Assembly (NCBI GenBank): GCA_048213135.1
Contig: PS015256.1
Coordinates: 6,284-52,526, forward strand
Length of the DNA stretch: 46,243 nucleotides
Direction: 5' to 3'
Origin: Reclinomonas americana ATCC 50394
Taxonomy: Eukaryota
In this document: piece by piece, positions 11,959 to 23,700 of the stretch
Numbering within the stretch: the stretch's first letter is position 1
Layout: the number at the start of each line of letters is the position of its first letter
Program-made: the position numbers and the translations under genes
The notes under the pieces: generated by a model
The model's input: only the letters and a program-made list of their open reading frames with translations
Database searches by the model: none
Told to the model about the DNA's origin: nothing

Positions 11959-12569
11959 TCCTATCTGGCAAGCGCCATCATTCTCATGAGGTGAGTGTAT
12001 CACGCTGCAGTACTGTAGTGCTGAGCACTCATCAGCTGTTGTATTGCAGCCAGTGCTCGTGTGTTGATCGCTTTGTGTTTAGCGCTGCTCAACGCAGACG
12101 GCGAGTGGTCGGTGATCAGCACAACTTTGGAGTTGTGGTGAGCTTCTGCAAGCGTCATCACTCCTCAGCATGGACTGTAGCTGATGGTTGCACACCAGTT
12201 GTGTGAAGTAGTGCTGCAGCACCCAGTCACTGCGCTGCTGGAGCTATCCGTGTTTTTGTCGACTGCTCGAATGACAACTCGGTGCACTTGGCTTGCGTGG
12301 CATTTGCGTTAAATCTTTTTGGTGGCCGGTCTCTCATCTCTCATTACAGCAGCTCCAATAGTTGCTCCTGTGTTGACACCAAGCAGGACGAGTATCCAGC
12401 TCATGGCTGCTCATCGAGAGTGCGTCTTTCGCTCTTTCGTTTGACTCCAGCACTGCTCAGCACTCATCTAGAGTTGCAGTTTGCAGCAGTCGCTCTGACA
12501 TTAACTCAAGCTCTTCCGAACGCTTATCTGCCACACGACAAGCGATGGAGCTGCGTCGTTTCTCGTTGA

Positions 12570-13300
12570 TGGTGCTGCGGTAAGTCTGTCACGCTATCGT
12601 TTTGCTCAACCACTGCTTGACACTCACCTACTTCTGCAGGTTCCTGAGGGCAGATAATCAGCTCATAGTCAGAGAGTGCCAACTGTTAGTCTGTCACGCA
12701 TTCAATTTGCTCGGCCACCGCTCAACGCTCATCTGCATCTGCAAGGTGATCACTGCATACAGTGGTGCTGCGGTGAGTCTGTCACGCTTTTGTTGGCTCA
12801 ACCACTGCTTGATCCTCACCTCCGTCTGCAGGATTAAAGGGTCAGAAGATCAGCTCATAGGTGTGCGGAGAGTGTCAACTGTGAGTCTGTCGCGCGTTCG
12901 TTTTGCTCACTTACTGCTCTTCACTCATCAGCATCTGCAGGTTCCCGAGGCAGTCTTGAATCGGGAGCGAGCAGTGCATAGAGTGACGACTCGGTGAGTC
13001 TGTCTCACCTTACGTGCATCAGCCACTGCTTGGCACTCATCTGCATCTGCAGGTTCCCAAGGCAGTCTTGAATCGGGAGCGAGAGGTCAGATATTCAGTA
13101 CATAGAGTGTCGCGGTGAGTCTCCTTCAATTTGCTTGGCTCGGTCACTGCTTGACACTCATCTGCATCTGCAGGTTCCAACGCTCCGTTGTGATTTTGGG
13201 TGCGAGTGGTTATCTCATAGCTGTGCATAGATTGGCGACTCGGTAAGTCTGTCTCACCTCATTTGCCTCAGCTACTGCTCGCCACTCATCTGCATCTGGT
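12570..13300 (+). repeat. Array of seven related ~60-nt intron-like units
   Basis: Units of the form GT(G/A/T)AGTCT...actgct...ctca.ctgcatCTGCAG at 12580, 12685, 12773, 12881, 12994, 13115 and 13243. Confidence 0.8.
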
Positions 13301-13503
13301 CTTCCCAGTGTCTCCCGACTTCTCCCACTTGCCTCCACTGTCATGTCGATGCCCTCCGCCCCTTTCCCTTCACCCTTTCCCCCCACCCTTTCCCCTTCTT
13401 GTTTCACATCTCCATAGTACACTCAAACCACCATCATGCGCGCAACACTCTCGCACACACTCTTTAAAAATTGCCTCCCCTCTTTTTCTTCCGACTACTT
13501 TTG

Positions 13504-16473
13504 TTACACCCACGGCCACCCGGTCACCGCCGCCGACGGCGACACCCCACCAAGCACCCACATGTCGACGGANNNNNNNNNNNNNNNNNNNNNNNNNNNN
13601 NNNNNNNNNNNNNNNNNNNNNNNNNNNNNNNNNNNNNNNNNNNNNNNNNNNNNNNNNNNNNNNNNNNNNNNNNNNNNNNNNNNNNNNNNNNNNNNNNNNN
13701 NNNNNNNNNNNNNNNNNNNNNNNNNNNNNNNNNNNNNNNNNNNNNNNNNNNNNNNNNNNNNNNNNNNNNNNNNNNNNNNNNNNNNNNNNNNNNNNNNNNN
13801 NNNNNNNNNNNNNNNNNNNNNNNNNNNNNNNNNNNNNNNNNNNNNNNNNNNNNNNNNNNNNNNNNNNNNNNNNNNNNNNNNNNNGGCGGCGGACGACATG
13901 ATTTCGGGACCGATTGCCGATGACCCTCCAGTGGCCAAATCGTCAAATACCGAGTCCACCACGCCTGGTATTAGTGACGGTGGTGGGGGCGGTGGCGGAA
14001 GCGAGAGAAACTCGGCCGACGTGCGAATGCTGGCGGGCAAGTGTAGCGAGAGCGGGCGCGGCGGCACAATGGCGGCGCGCGTGGGCGACACATTGGCCAC
14101 GGGTGTCGTCGGCTGCTGCATCCAGTTGTCGCGCAACTGCGCGACCACCAAGTGCGGCGCCGGCGTGCGCGGATCTGCAGCCGCTTGCTGCTGATATGCC
14201 ATCATCTGTGTGTCCACAGAGAGCTGCCACGGAGTGGTCGGTGTGCCGGCAGCAGGTGCCGCATGCTGCTGCTGCTGCTGTGCTGCTGCTGTTGCTGTTG
14301 TTGCTGCTGTGGTTTACATCGTTTTCGCGGCGGAGCGCGCGGCCGACTNNNNNNNNNNNNNNNNNNNNNNNNNNNNNNNNNNNNNNNNNNNNNNNNNNNN
14401 NNNNNNNNNNNNNNNNNNNNNNNNNNNNNNNNNNNNNNNNNNNNNNNNNNNNNNNNNNNNNNNNNNNNNNNNNNNNNNNNNNNNNNNNNNNNNNNNNNNN
14501 NNNNNNNNNNNNNNNNNNNNNNNNNNNNNNNNNNNNNNNNNNNNNNNNNNNNNNNNNNNNNNNNNNNNNNNNNNNNNNNNNNNNNNNNNNNNNNNNNNNN
14601 NNNNNNNNNNNNNNNNNNNNNNNNNNNNNNNNNNNNNNNNNNNNNNNNNNNNNNNNNNNNNNNNNNNNNNNNNNNNNNNNNNNNNNNNNNNNNNNNNNNN
14701 NNNNNNNNNNNNNNNNNNNNNNNNNNNNNNNNNNNNNNNNNNNNNNNNNNNNNNNNNNNNNNNNNNNNNNNNNNNNNNNNNNNNNNNNNNNNNNNNNNNN
14801 NNNNNNNNNNNNNNNNNNNNNNNNNNNNNNNNNNNNNNNNNNNNNNNNNNNNNNNNNNNNNNNNNNNNNNNNNNNNNNNNNNNNNNNNNNNNNNNNNNNN
14901 NNNNNNNNNNNNNNNNNNNNNNNNNNNNNNNNNNNNNNNNNNNNNNNNNNNNNNNNNNNNNNNNNNNNNNNNNNNNNNNNNNNNNNNNNNNNNNNNNNNN
15001 NNNNNNNNNNNNNNNNNNNNNNNNNNNNNNNNNNNNNNNNNNNNNNNNNNNNNNNNNNNNNNNNNNNNNNNNNNNNNNNNNNNNNNNNNNNNNNNNNNNN
15101 NNNNNNNNNNNNNNNNNNNNNNNNNNNNNNNNNNNNNNNNNNNNNNNNNNNNNNNNNNNNNNNNNNNNNNNNNNNNNNNNNNNNNNNNNNNNGCCCTGCA
15201 CGTGGAAAGGCGGCATGGTGCGCGGCGACACCTCGTCCATCTCCTGGTCGTCACCAGCAAAGCCGTATCCGTCGCCCCCTCCTTCGTACTCGAGTTCCCC
15301 TTCCTCTTCTCCTTCCTCTTCTTCGTCGGCGAATTCTCCTTCTCCCTCTTCGACCTGATGACCGTAGGGCGCGAGTGGAGCGGCCACCACGGCGGCTGCG
15401 CTCATTTCGTGATCGTCGTCGGTCTCCATGTGCACTGACTGCGCCGGCGCCGCGGAATAGAAGCGAATGCTCACATCGCTCGACGCCAGATCGTTCTCGT
15501 GCACCATCACACTGATCTCGGAGCTGGAGGCTGTCGACGAGGTCAAGCTGTTTCTCCGCGGTCGATCGCGTGGCGTCGACATTCCACTCGTGCCGCCGCT
15601 ACCCATGCCACCACCACCACCATTACCGTGAACCCCACCGCGACCGGCGATCGTGCTACGTGTGCCATACGAGTGGTGCTGGCGGGCGCTGGCGGGCGCC
15701 GGTGGCAAGTCGTCCTCGTCGAAATCGAAACCCTCATCGCCATCGTCCGACTCATTGCTGTCTGTGTCGTCGCGCATGCGCTTGCGTGGACTCTCCGACT
15801 CCTGGCAACGGAAAGGGGGGGAGACGTGAGCGTCGATAAGCAATATAAGAAGACTGATATCGATTAAAACTTGCCATGAGCACCGGCAGCTCGGGGATGC
15901 GTCGACACGCGGCCGCAAACGACAAGTCCAACGAGTCGAACTCGCCACGCGACACACGCCGCCGCAGATTGGAGAACCAGCTGCGCGAGGAATCGTTGGC
16001 GTGAGCGAAACGCATCGCGCGGAGAGCGCGACTCGCCACAAACGTACCGATTCTTGATGCTCGAAGGGCTCCTGCCTGGCAGCGCCATTTGTAGCACGGC
16101 CCATTTGTTGCCGCAGTGCTCCCGCAGAAGCAGCACGCGCACGTCCTGCGTGGGGAATGACAAGAGTCGGAAAATCGAAAACAGCCGGCGTCTCTCTTCT
16201 CCACACAAACCTCCTCGGCCTCCCACGGATCGGTACGCAGATCGGGATCGAGATGATTGCAGAAGCGCTCGCGACACTGCTTCCCCGTGCGTCCGGTGCC
16301 CAGTCTCCGCGCGACCGCCGCCCAGTGGCCACGTGGAATCGCTTGCACGGCCCTGTTGGTCGTAGCACACACATCATGATCAATGATCTTTTCTCGCACA
16401 ATACTTGAGCACCTGTGGCAAGAGAGAGAGACGCAACTCTCTCAACCGCGCATCCTCCCTCTCCGTCCACACG
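13504..16473 (-). CDS. R2R3-Myb transcription factor (Myb-B), main body, interrupted by gaps
   Basis: VWTEREDARLREAVQAIPRGHWAAVARRLGTGRTGKQCRERFCNHLDPDLRTDPWEAEEDVRVLLLREHCGNKWAVLQMALPGRSPSSIKNRWFSNLRR, followed by acidic, Gln-rich and Pro-rich regions. The 3' end is uncertain because of gaps. Confidence 0.88.
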
Positions 16474-16493
16474 NNNNNNNNNNNNNNNNNNNN

Positions 16494-16920
16494 GTCGGCG
16501 CAGAGCACCACAGGTGCCTGGTCGTGCAGCTCGCTGGTGGCCTCGGTCGCCGACCTGACACCCGGTGTGCTGCGCACATCGAGACCAAGTGACGCCTCCG
16601 AGATCGCGTGGGTCACAGCCATTGCGGTGGCCACACTCGAGGTTTGAGCAGCATGTGGCGAGGAACGATTGATGCATGAGTGCTCACGCGTGGATTTTCC
16701 TCTCACTGCACAGGTCAAGTTTCCCGAGTATCGCAAGGAGTGGATGTCGGGTGAGTGTGTGTGGCAAAAGAAGAGGGATGTTGTGTCGATGTCGAAGTGT
16801 TCGGTTTCTTATTCGTGTTCGATATATATCGCAGCCGACTCAAGGGCCAACGCGTACCTTTACACCGCTCGTGCGACGCATCTGCTCGCACCAGCGCGCG
16901 GCTGCGTAGTCACCAGCTGA
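16494..16920 (+). CDS. C-terminal exons of a protein with a VWA5A/PARP4 C-terminal-like domain (on an apparently inverted contig)
   Basis: Exons 16494-16641, 16714-16750 and 16835-16920 give SAQSTTGAWSC...AWVTAIAVATLEVKFPEYRKEWMSADSRANAYL, resembling the Q..DGSW...WATA.A.A.L....EW.....KA..WL pattern. Confidence 0.65.
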
Positions 16921-17104
16921 CGACGCGCAAGAGGGAAGGAAAATAGAGAGAAAGAAATCAGACAATCAATTATAATGGGGTAAAAATATCATGTTTGGCG
17001 GGACAAGCTAACACCCATCGCGCGCGTCGTTTCGTTGCACCCGTCCGCCTCCCATACTCCACGGTGCTGGGTACGACGAGACAAACACCTTCTGAGAAGA
17101 AAAA

Positions 17105-17388
17105 ATGAGCCAACCTCATCCGAGCATTCCGCCACTCCCGAGCTTGCCTCCTCCACTCGTGAGCCATTTCGGGTCCTCGTCATGGGTCTCATCGCCACGA
17201 GACACGGGCATGATGATGATGATGATGCCAACTGGTGCAGCAACAGCAGCAGCCGCGTATCATCATGTAGTGCCTGTCATGCCACTGAGCGCACGATCGT
17301 CGAGCAGCACAGTGATCCCCTCGCTGCGGCTGCGCCAGGAGGAGGGCTCGCGAACAAAGCGAACGCAGCGCAAGGGCTCGGGCAAGCG
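17105..17388 (+). CDS. N-terminal part of Myb-B (on an apparently inverted contig)
   Basis: MSQPHPSIPP...RTKRTQRKGSGK ends in ggcaagcg, which joins the minus strand at 16473 (cgtgtggacg) to give GKRVWT, matching SKRVWT of Myb-A. Confidence 0.75.
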
Positions 17389-17408
17389 NNNNNNNNNNNN
17401 NNNNNNNN

Positions 17409-17999
17409 AACATCCATCGCAACCGGCTCGGCACACCGGTTTCCTGCGACGCCACCACCGCAGGCGCCGGCTTCTCTGGCTTGCCGTACGTGTCGCCCAT
17501 CATCTCCAGCTGTGCGGGCGTGAGGAACACCGACTCCTTGCGCGGTGCCATGGACTCCTTGCGGAGTGCAGCACCGGCGCCACCCTTTGTCGGTGCGATG
17601 CTGAGTCGCTTGGCGGTAGTGACTGTCGTGGGTCGCGAGCTCGACGAGGATCCTGTGACCTCTATGGAGGTGCCTGTTGCGGCGGCTGTCGTGGTTGATG
17701 ATGATGATGATGACGCTGATGATGACGATGATCCAGCAGATTGTGGCCCCGACCCCGACCCTCTGCCCTTCAGCGGACCGTACGTGCCAATGACGTTGTT
17801 ACCGACGGGCGGCAGTAGTGTTGTGTGTCGCACGCCCAGTTTCCTGTGACACACCGAAGAGTGAGAGACTGAATCGAAAGAGAGCGTGACAGCGCGTGCC
17901 ACACACTCACCCATCGCTACGGAAGGAGACGGCCAACACACCGCCGCGCTCTCCAATGGAGGTGGAGTAGCGCTGGGCGATGCCACTGGACCCAAACAT
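17409..17999 (-). CDS. N-terminal low-complexity part of the VWA5A-C-like protein
   Basis: MFGSSGIAQ..RSDG, a GTGAGT..CAG intron, then KLGVRH..Ser/Thr-rich..SRLRWM; ends in atgtt, which joins gtcggcg at 16494(+) in frame (WMLSAQ). Confidence 0.65.
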
Positions 18000-19466
18000 G
18001 GTCACCGCACCAGAGTTGTACAGGTCACGCTGTGTGCGCGACGGGTGCGAGTATGTGTGAGCGTCGATTTTTTTCGACTGACGGAGAGAACAGAAACGGG
18101 GAGATTCACACACACACACACACACACAACCCAACACACACTTGTCTCGCTCGCTCTCTCTCTCTCTTCTCTCTATGTGATGAAGGACAGTACGAATGAG
18201 ATGCAGGAGACAACACCGAAAGACGAGGAGAAGGCGAATGAGGCAAGTGCAACAACCGATCCGTTTTTTTGTTCAAGCACCGCGCCCTTATTGCAATAAC
18301 GCACCGGATCCGATGAACGATACATCGTAGCAACTCTTGCACGTGAGTCGAGCGAGAGCGTGCGGAGGGAGCGTGAGTGAATGTGATTAAGTCCTCGCTC
18401 CGACTCTGCCCCGAAAAAAACTGTTGTTGATTGCCGATTTCGAACAACGCAGCGGTTGAGATTTGTTGAGTTGTCCCACAGGTGGCACATATCCGCCGGA
18501 GGCAAATCACGGAGTGGACGCATCCATTTCGCATGCGGCCCGTGCTGCACTCGTTACAGTGCCGCGATGAGTGCGCGCGCTGATACGTGATGTTGTTGTT
18601 TTGGCGAGGAAACTGGTCCGCGTTCGTGATTCCGTATCCAGCAAGACTGAGAGAGGCGTCCGAAATCTTGTACAAGGTGGGAGGAAGAAAGGTGGGAGGA
18701 GAGGGTGGGTCGTCGTCGATGAAGAGGGGTCTGGGATCAGTTCCAATCACAAACAAAAGTTCGTTGTTGATAATTTCCTCCGAACAATTTCACTGCAAAA
18801 ATTAGATCATATTTATTGCGCACAACTGTCTTCGCTTTCAAGTTTACCGATGAGGCTGCGATGATGTTGTGACTGCGGGATGGCGCGAGGGAAAGTCGGC
18901 TGGAAGAGTCAGTTTTGATCGATACCTTGGGCGATCGAGACTGCCTTTGCTTGTCTGTAGATCACAGTTCTCGACTTGTTCGGAGCTCCGAGAGCGAACA
19001 CACACACACAAGGAAGCTGCCGCAAGACTGGTGTCAGTGTTGATGTTTTGGATGCAGTTGAACTTGGTCGTCAAGACAGCTGTTGCTTGTTGTTGGTGAA
19101 CGAATTTGATGCTGTTGCAACGTTGTTCATGGCGCGCGAGTGCAATTTGCAATGGAAACAGCTCTGCATTCTGGTGCGCTATTGTCGCCCTGTAACGATC
19201 CAGCTCCACCGACGATGGCCAGCCAAATGCAAGCATTCTCCCCTTCCAGGATTATACCGTCGCATGTGTTCGAATCAAATACCGCAAAGCTCGACGTCCT
19301 CGTCAACCTCGACAGACCCACGCACACGACCACACACGCAACCCATCTCCATCTTCATCAACAGCGCTTGTGGGCACCCGCAGCGCCGAGTCCGCGACTC
19401 CCTTCTCGACTTCATCACTTCGCAGGACATTTTCCCACCCACCCCCTTTCCCTCTACGTATCTCGC

Positions 19467-20710
19467 ATGGACGCCCTCGCCAACTCGCCCCTCGTGTGGA
19501 GCGTCGGCGCCGCCACCCTCGTCTCCCTCCTCTCCGTCGTCGGCATCTCCATCATCCCGCTGACCACCAAACGCTTTTCGCGCGCCAATTCCGCCGACGC
19601 CAAGAAGAAAAAGGACGACGATGCAGTCGACACGGCCTCCTCCGCCGCTGCCACGTCACCACTGCCCAGCTGGGCCATGTGCTTCCTCCTGGCACTGGCC
19701 GCGGGCTCACTGATGGGCGAGTGTGCCACACACTCACTGCCCGAGGTGTGTGTGTGTGCATGTGCGGCGATTCTTTTTCCGCGAGTTGTCTCTCTCACAC
19801 TGAATGGCAGGTGTTCTCCGCGCACGATCACGACGAGTCCTCCAGTCGTGGTCTCTACTTCCTCCTCGGCTTTTTCGTGTGCGCTGTGGTCGATTCCATT
19901 GTGCATGTGTTCAACTCGCACCACCACCACCATCATGGCCACAAGCACCACCAGCATGACAAGAACAGCAAGCACACGCGTGTGTTTGGCTGGGTGAATC
20001 TGTTTGCCGACCTCGTGCACAACTTCTTTGACGGCCTGGCTCTCGCGGTGGCGTTCCGTGGCTCGTGGACCGCCGGTGTCAGCACGACTGTGGCGGTGAT
20101 TCTGCATGAAATCCCGCAAGAGCTGGGCGATTTCGGTGTGCTGCTGGCAGCCGGCTTCTCGGTGCGTGGTGCACTGGTCGCCAATGCTATCAGTGCCCTG
20201 TCGTGTGTCGTGGGCTCGGTGGTGCCGTTTGTGCCGGCGCTGGTGATGTTGGCCGACAAGGGCGGTGCGTTTCACAAAGCGTTATTGTCAGTTGTCAGTC
20301 TCCTCTCCCTCACTCTGGATCCCTGAGCAGTGTCGACGCCACCGTGGATGGCCGCCGTGTCGGCCGGTGCACTGATCTACACGGCATGCGCCTGCATCGT
20401 GCCGCAGCTGGTGGAGGAGATTAGCCGCAGTTCGCGTCGAGGCACCCTGCTGAATGCGGTGCTGGCGCTGCTGGCGCTGTCGATTGGCATCTACGTGACG
20501 GTCATTGCGCACTCCCATGATCACGGCCACGGCGGTCATGCGCATGGTCACAGTCACGGACACCACGACAGCCACGGACACGCCCACGCTCACCACGAGA
20601 GTCACGGACACAGTCATCACCACGAGAGTCACGGACACAGCCACCACCACCATGGCAGTCACCAACATCATGCGATTCTCCACCAACACGACCACGACCA
20701 CCACCATTAA
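19467..20710 (+). CDS. ZIP (SLC39, LIV-1 subfamily) zinc/metal transporter
   Basis: Introns 19746-19810 and 20265-20330. Motifs LALAAGSLMGECATHSLPE, NLFADLVHNFFDGLAL, ILHEIPQELGDFGVLL and AGALIY, plus a His-rich loop and tail. Confidence 0.93.
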
Positions 20711-20768
20711 GTAGAAGCGCGCATAGGAGAACCTGGATTGTGAACAATATACAAATTTTCCTACTGCA

Positions 20769-23700
20769 TTATGAGGGTCGAGTCGCCGCCGCCGCCGCCG
20801 CACCACCACTTCCACTACCACCTGTCGCCGCCGCGGCCGCCACCGACGGCACGGGGATCTTGAGCTCCTCGAATTTGTTGCGATACACGCGATTCTACGA
20901 CACAGCAATGAGCATCAGCAGTCGATGCATGCAGTGAAGGCGCGCGAACGTGCATACCTGTTCCACGGCCACCTGATGCTTGAGTTTCAAATCCTGCAAC
21001 TGGCGGAAGAACTCGGGCGTAAAGGGTGCCAGCTCGGCACGCAACGCCTCGTTGTCCTCTTTGAGTTCCTCGACTTGCAGCTTGTGCTGCTCAAAAGCGT
21101 CGCGGATGGTGTGGTAGCGTTGTAGCAGCGATTCGTGTTCTGCGAGGAGGCGGGGAGACGGAAAGAAACGTGAGTAAAGAATTGATTGGGTTGTCTTTGC
21201 TTGTGCTTTCCCTGTCGGTCACTGTGCGCTCCCTCCCTTCTCGGTCACTGTGCGTTCCCTCCCTTNNNNNNNNNNNNNNNNNNNNTCATCTCCATTCCCC
21301 TCCTTTCCCCTCTTTCTCCCTTCCACATCACCCAACCCAACCTTTCGCCTGCGTGCCGTCACCACCACTCAGCGCACGCGCCAATCGCTGACTCAGTTCC
21401 TCTCGCTCTCCCTTCAGCCGCTCCACTTGTCGAGAGAGCGCATCAAACTGTGCTCCGGGAAGAAAGTCAGAATGTGCTAGCACGCGTAGAGAGAGCGCAC
21501 ACGAAAAACAAACCTCCATCGAGCGGTCGACAGACGAGCCAACACCAGCACTGCCTCCGGTTGACGACTTGGCCTGCTCCAGCTGATCCACCGCACGTTG
21601 CAACTCTTGCTTCAGCTGCAGAATCAGTGCATTCTTGCGCTCAATGTCGCCGAGCTGTGCACATTCAGGATTACAAGATGCATCTCGACGACCACGCAGA
21701 GCACCTTCCACACAAACCAGTCGCTGGCACTTTTCTTCGGAAGCCGCCAGTGCACGTGCATCGGCGGCACCTCCAGCAGGAGGCGCAGCACCTGCAGCAC
21801 CGGCGCGAGCACGAAGTTCGCGTTCCTTGTCGCGCCACTCGTTCTCCTTGTCGTGCAAGCGCTGTCGGTAGGTCTCCGCCTCCAATTCCACACTGGTGAC
21901 TTTCTGTGCCAGCGCCGCACGCTCGCGATCCCACTGTGCCCGCTCCGCATTCAACTCGGCGATGGCGTCCTTGTTCCTCCGCATCGCTTGCTTCTCGCCG
22001 CTCAGTTTTTGCTCCAGCTGCTGTTGCGCCTCGGTGGCTCTGCCGCGCGATGCAACAAAAATAAGTCGCCATTCTCCTCGTCTTCCCCTTCCCTCACAGC
22101 AACATACCTGGCCAGCTTCTGCTGCAGTTCCTCGACCTGCGCACGCTTCTCCTCCAGCTGCTTCAGCTGTCCCTCCAGTGCCGCATTGGCGTCCTTGACA
22201 GCGCGCAGTTCACGCACCACCTGTTCGAGCGCCGAGTGAGTGCAATGCATGTATGAATGGAGAAAGAGGAAGCACAGCAGCGCACCGCCATGTGCTTGGA
22301 GGGCGGGACTGCATTCTTCTGCAGCGTGTCGTTCTTCGCCTGCAACTTCTCCACCAGCTTGCGCAGCGCCAGCACCACCTTTTCCATCTCCGACGCACTT
22401 TGCTGGCCTGGAGGTGCTGCCGACCCGGCGGCCGACCCACTGGCACCTCCAGCACCCACTGCTCCTCCCGCTCCCCCACCAGCTGCAGTCTTTCGTTTGC
22501 CCGGGGCTGCATGCACGCATGATAAGCTTCTCGGTTTCTGGCATCCTTGCAAGTGGCTGGTTACCTTGATTAGCGATATCCTCGGCGTGGTCCTGCAGCG
22601 CAAGGTTGATGATCTCCAACTCACGCACTCGTCTCTCCAGGCGTGAAATCTGCCACACGCCAGCCGTCAGCAAACCAAATCAAAACCCACATCACAACAT
22701 CACTCTCTTTCCCTTTCCTCCCTACCTTGGCATCTCCCGTCTCATGCTCGAATCTCAACTCCGTGTTCTTCGCCTCCAGCTCCAGATTGCGTGCCTCGGC
22801 TGCGCGCAGACGCTGCTGCAGCACCTCCTCCTGCCGCAACAGCTGTGTGACACCGGCCTCGCCGTCGGTCGCAGCCTCAGCGGCGGCGGCCAGAGTGCGC
22901 GAAGTGGCACGTACTTCGGCGAGCTCCGTCTGTTCCACCAAAACAAGCGCATGTGAGACGCACATGACTTCCACACCCACACACGCACCCCACAATGCAC
23001 GAAACTGTCGCTGCCTCGAGGCGGCGAGTCAACGACTGAATCTCGGCCGGCTTGTCGACCTCGGCAATCTGCACGCGAAGAGGTAAGAGCCGCGCATTCC
23101 CACCATTCACATGTCACACGCGCTGAGCGGCCTTCACCTTTTGGAGCCTGCTGATTTCTCGCTCAAGGTCTGAAACACGCTGCCGCGCCCCGGAAATGTT
23201 CGACAGCTCGGCCAAGTCCACACGCGGCGCCAGCGAAGGCACACCGCGGCCTTGCTGCTGCTGCTGCAGTTGCCGTCCGAGATCCGAGACGCGAGTCTGC
23301 AAATCGTCGCGCTCGCGCGTAAGTCGCTCAATGGTGCGTCGATCCTCTTCGCGGTCTTTGTTGGCCTGCTCCAGCATGTGTTTCTGCACGCGCGTGCGCC
23401 AAGAATTCAGACAATAGCAGTGCTGATAATGATTCGCACCAGCTGGATACACACCTTTTCGTCGACCTTGGTCTTCAAAATCGCCAGCTGCCGCTGCATC
23501 TTCTTCTCCAGCTCCCATCGCTCAAAGGCACCTTCGAGGGTTAGACGACTATCGTCAGCTCGTAACACACAAGAAGAGCGTGAGAGAGAGACACACACAA
23601 TCCACTCACTCTCTTGATCGCCAGCCTTCGCCTCCTCTGCAGGTCGACTACTCGGTCGATCCTTGCTAACGGCCATCTCTAGCCGTCTTTCCGAGTCGTG

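Noticed and set aside
12570-13300. CRISPR-like repeat-spacer appearance
   Set aside because: The repeats are ~60 nt and degenerate, the spacers are related to each other, the context is eukaryotic, and there are no cas genes.
13263-16677. Long ORFs spanning N runs
   Set aside because: Their length is an artefact of translating through gaps.
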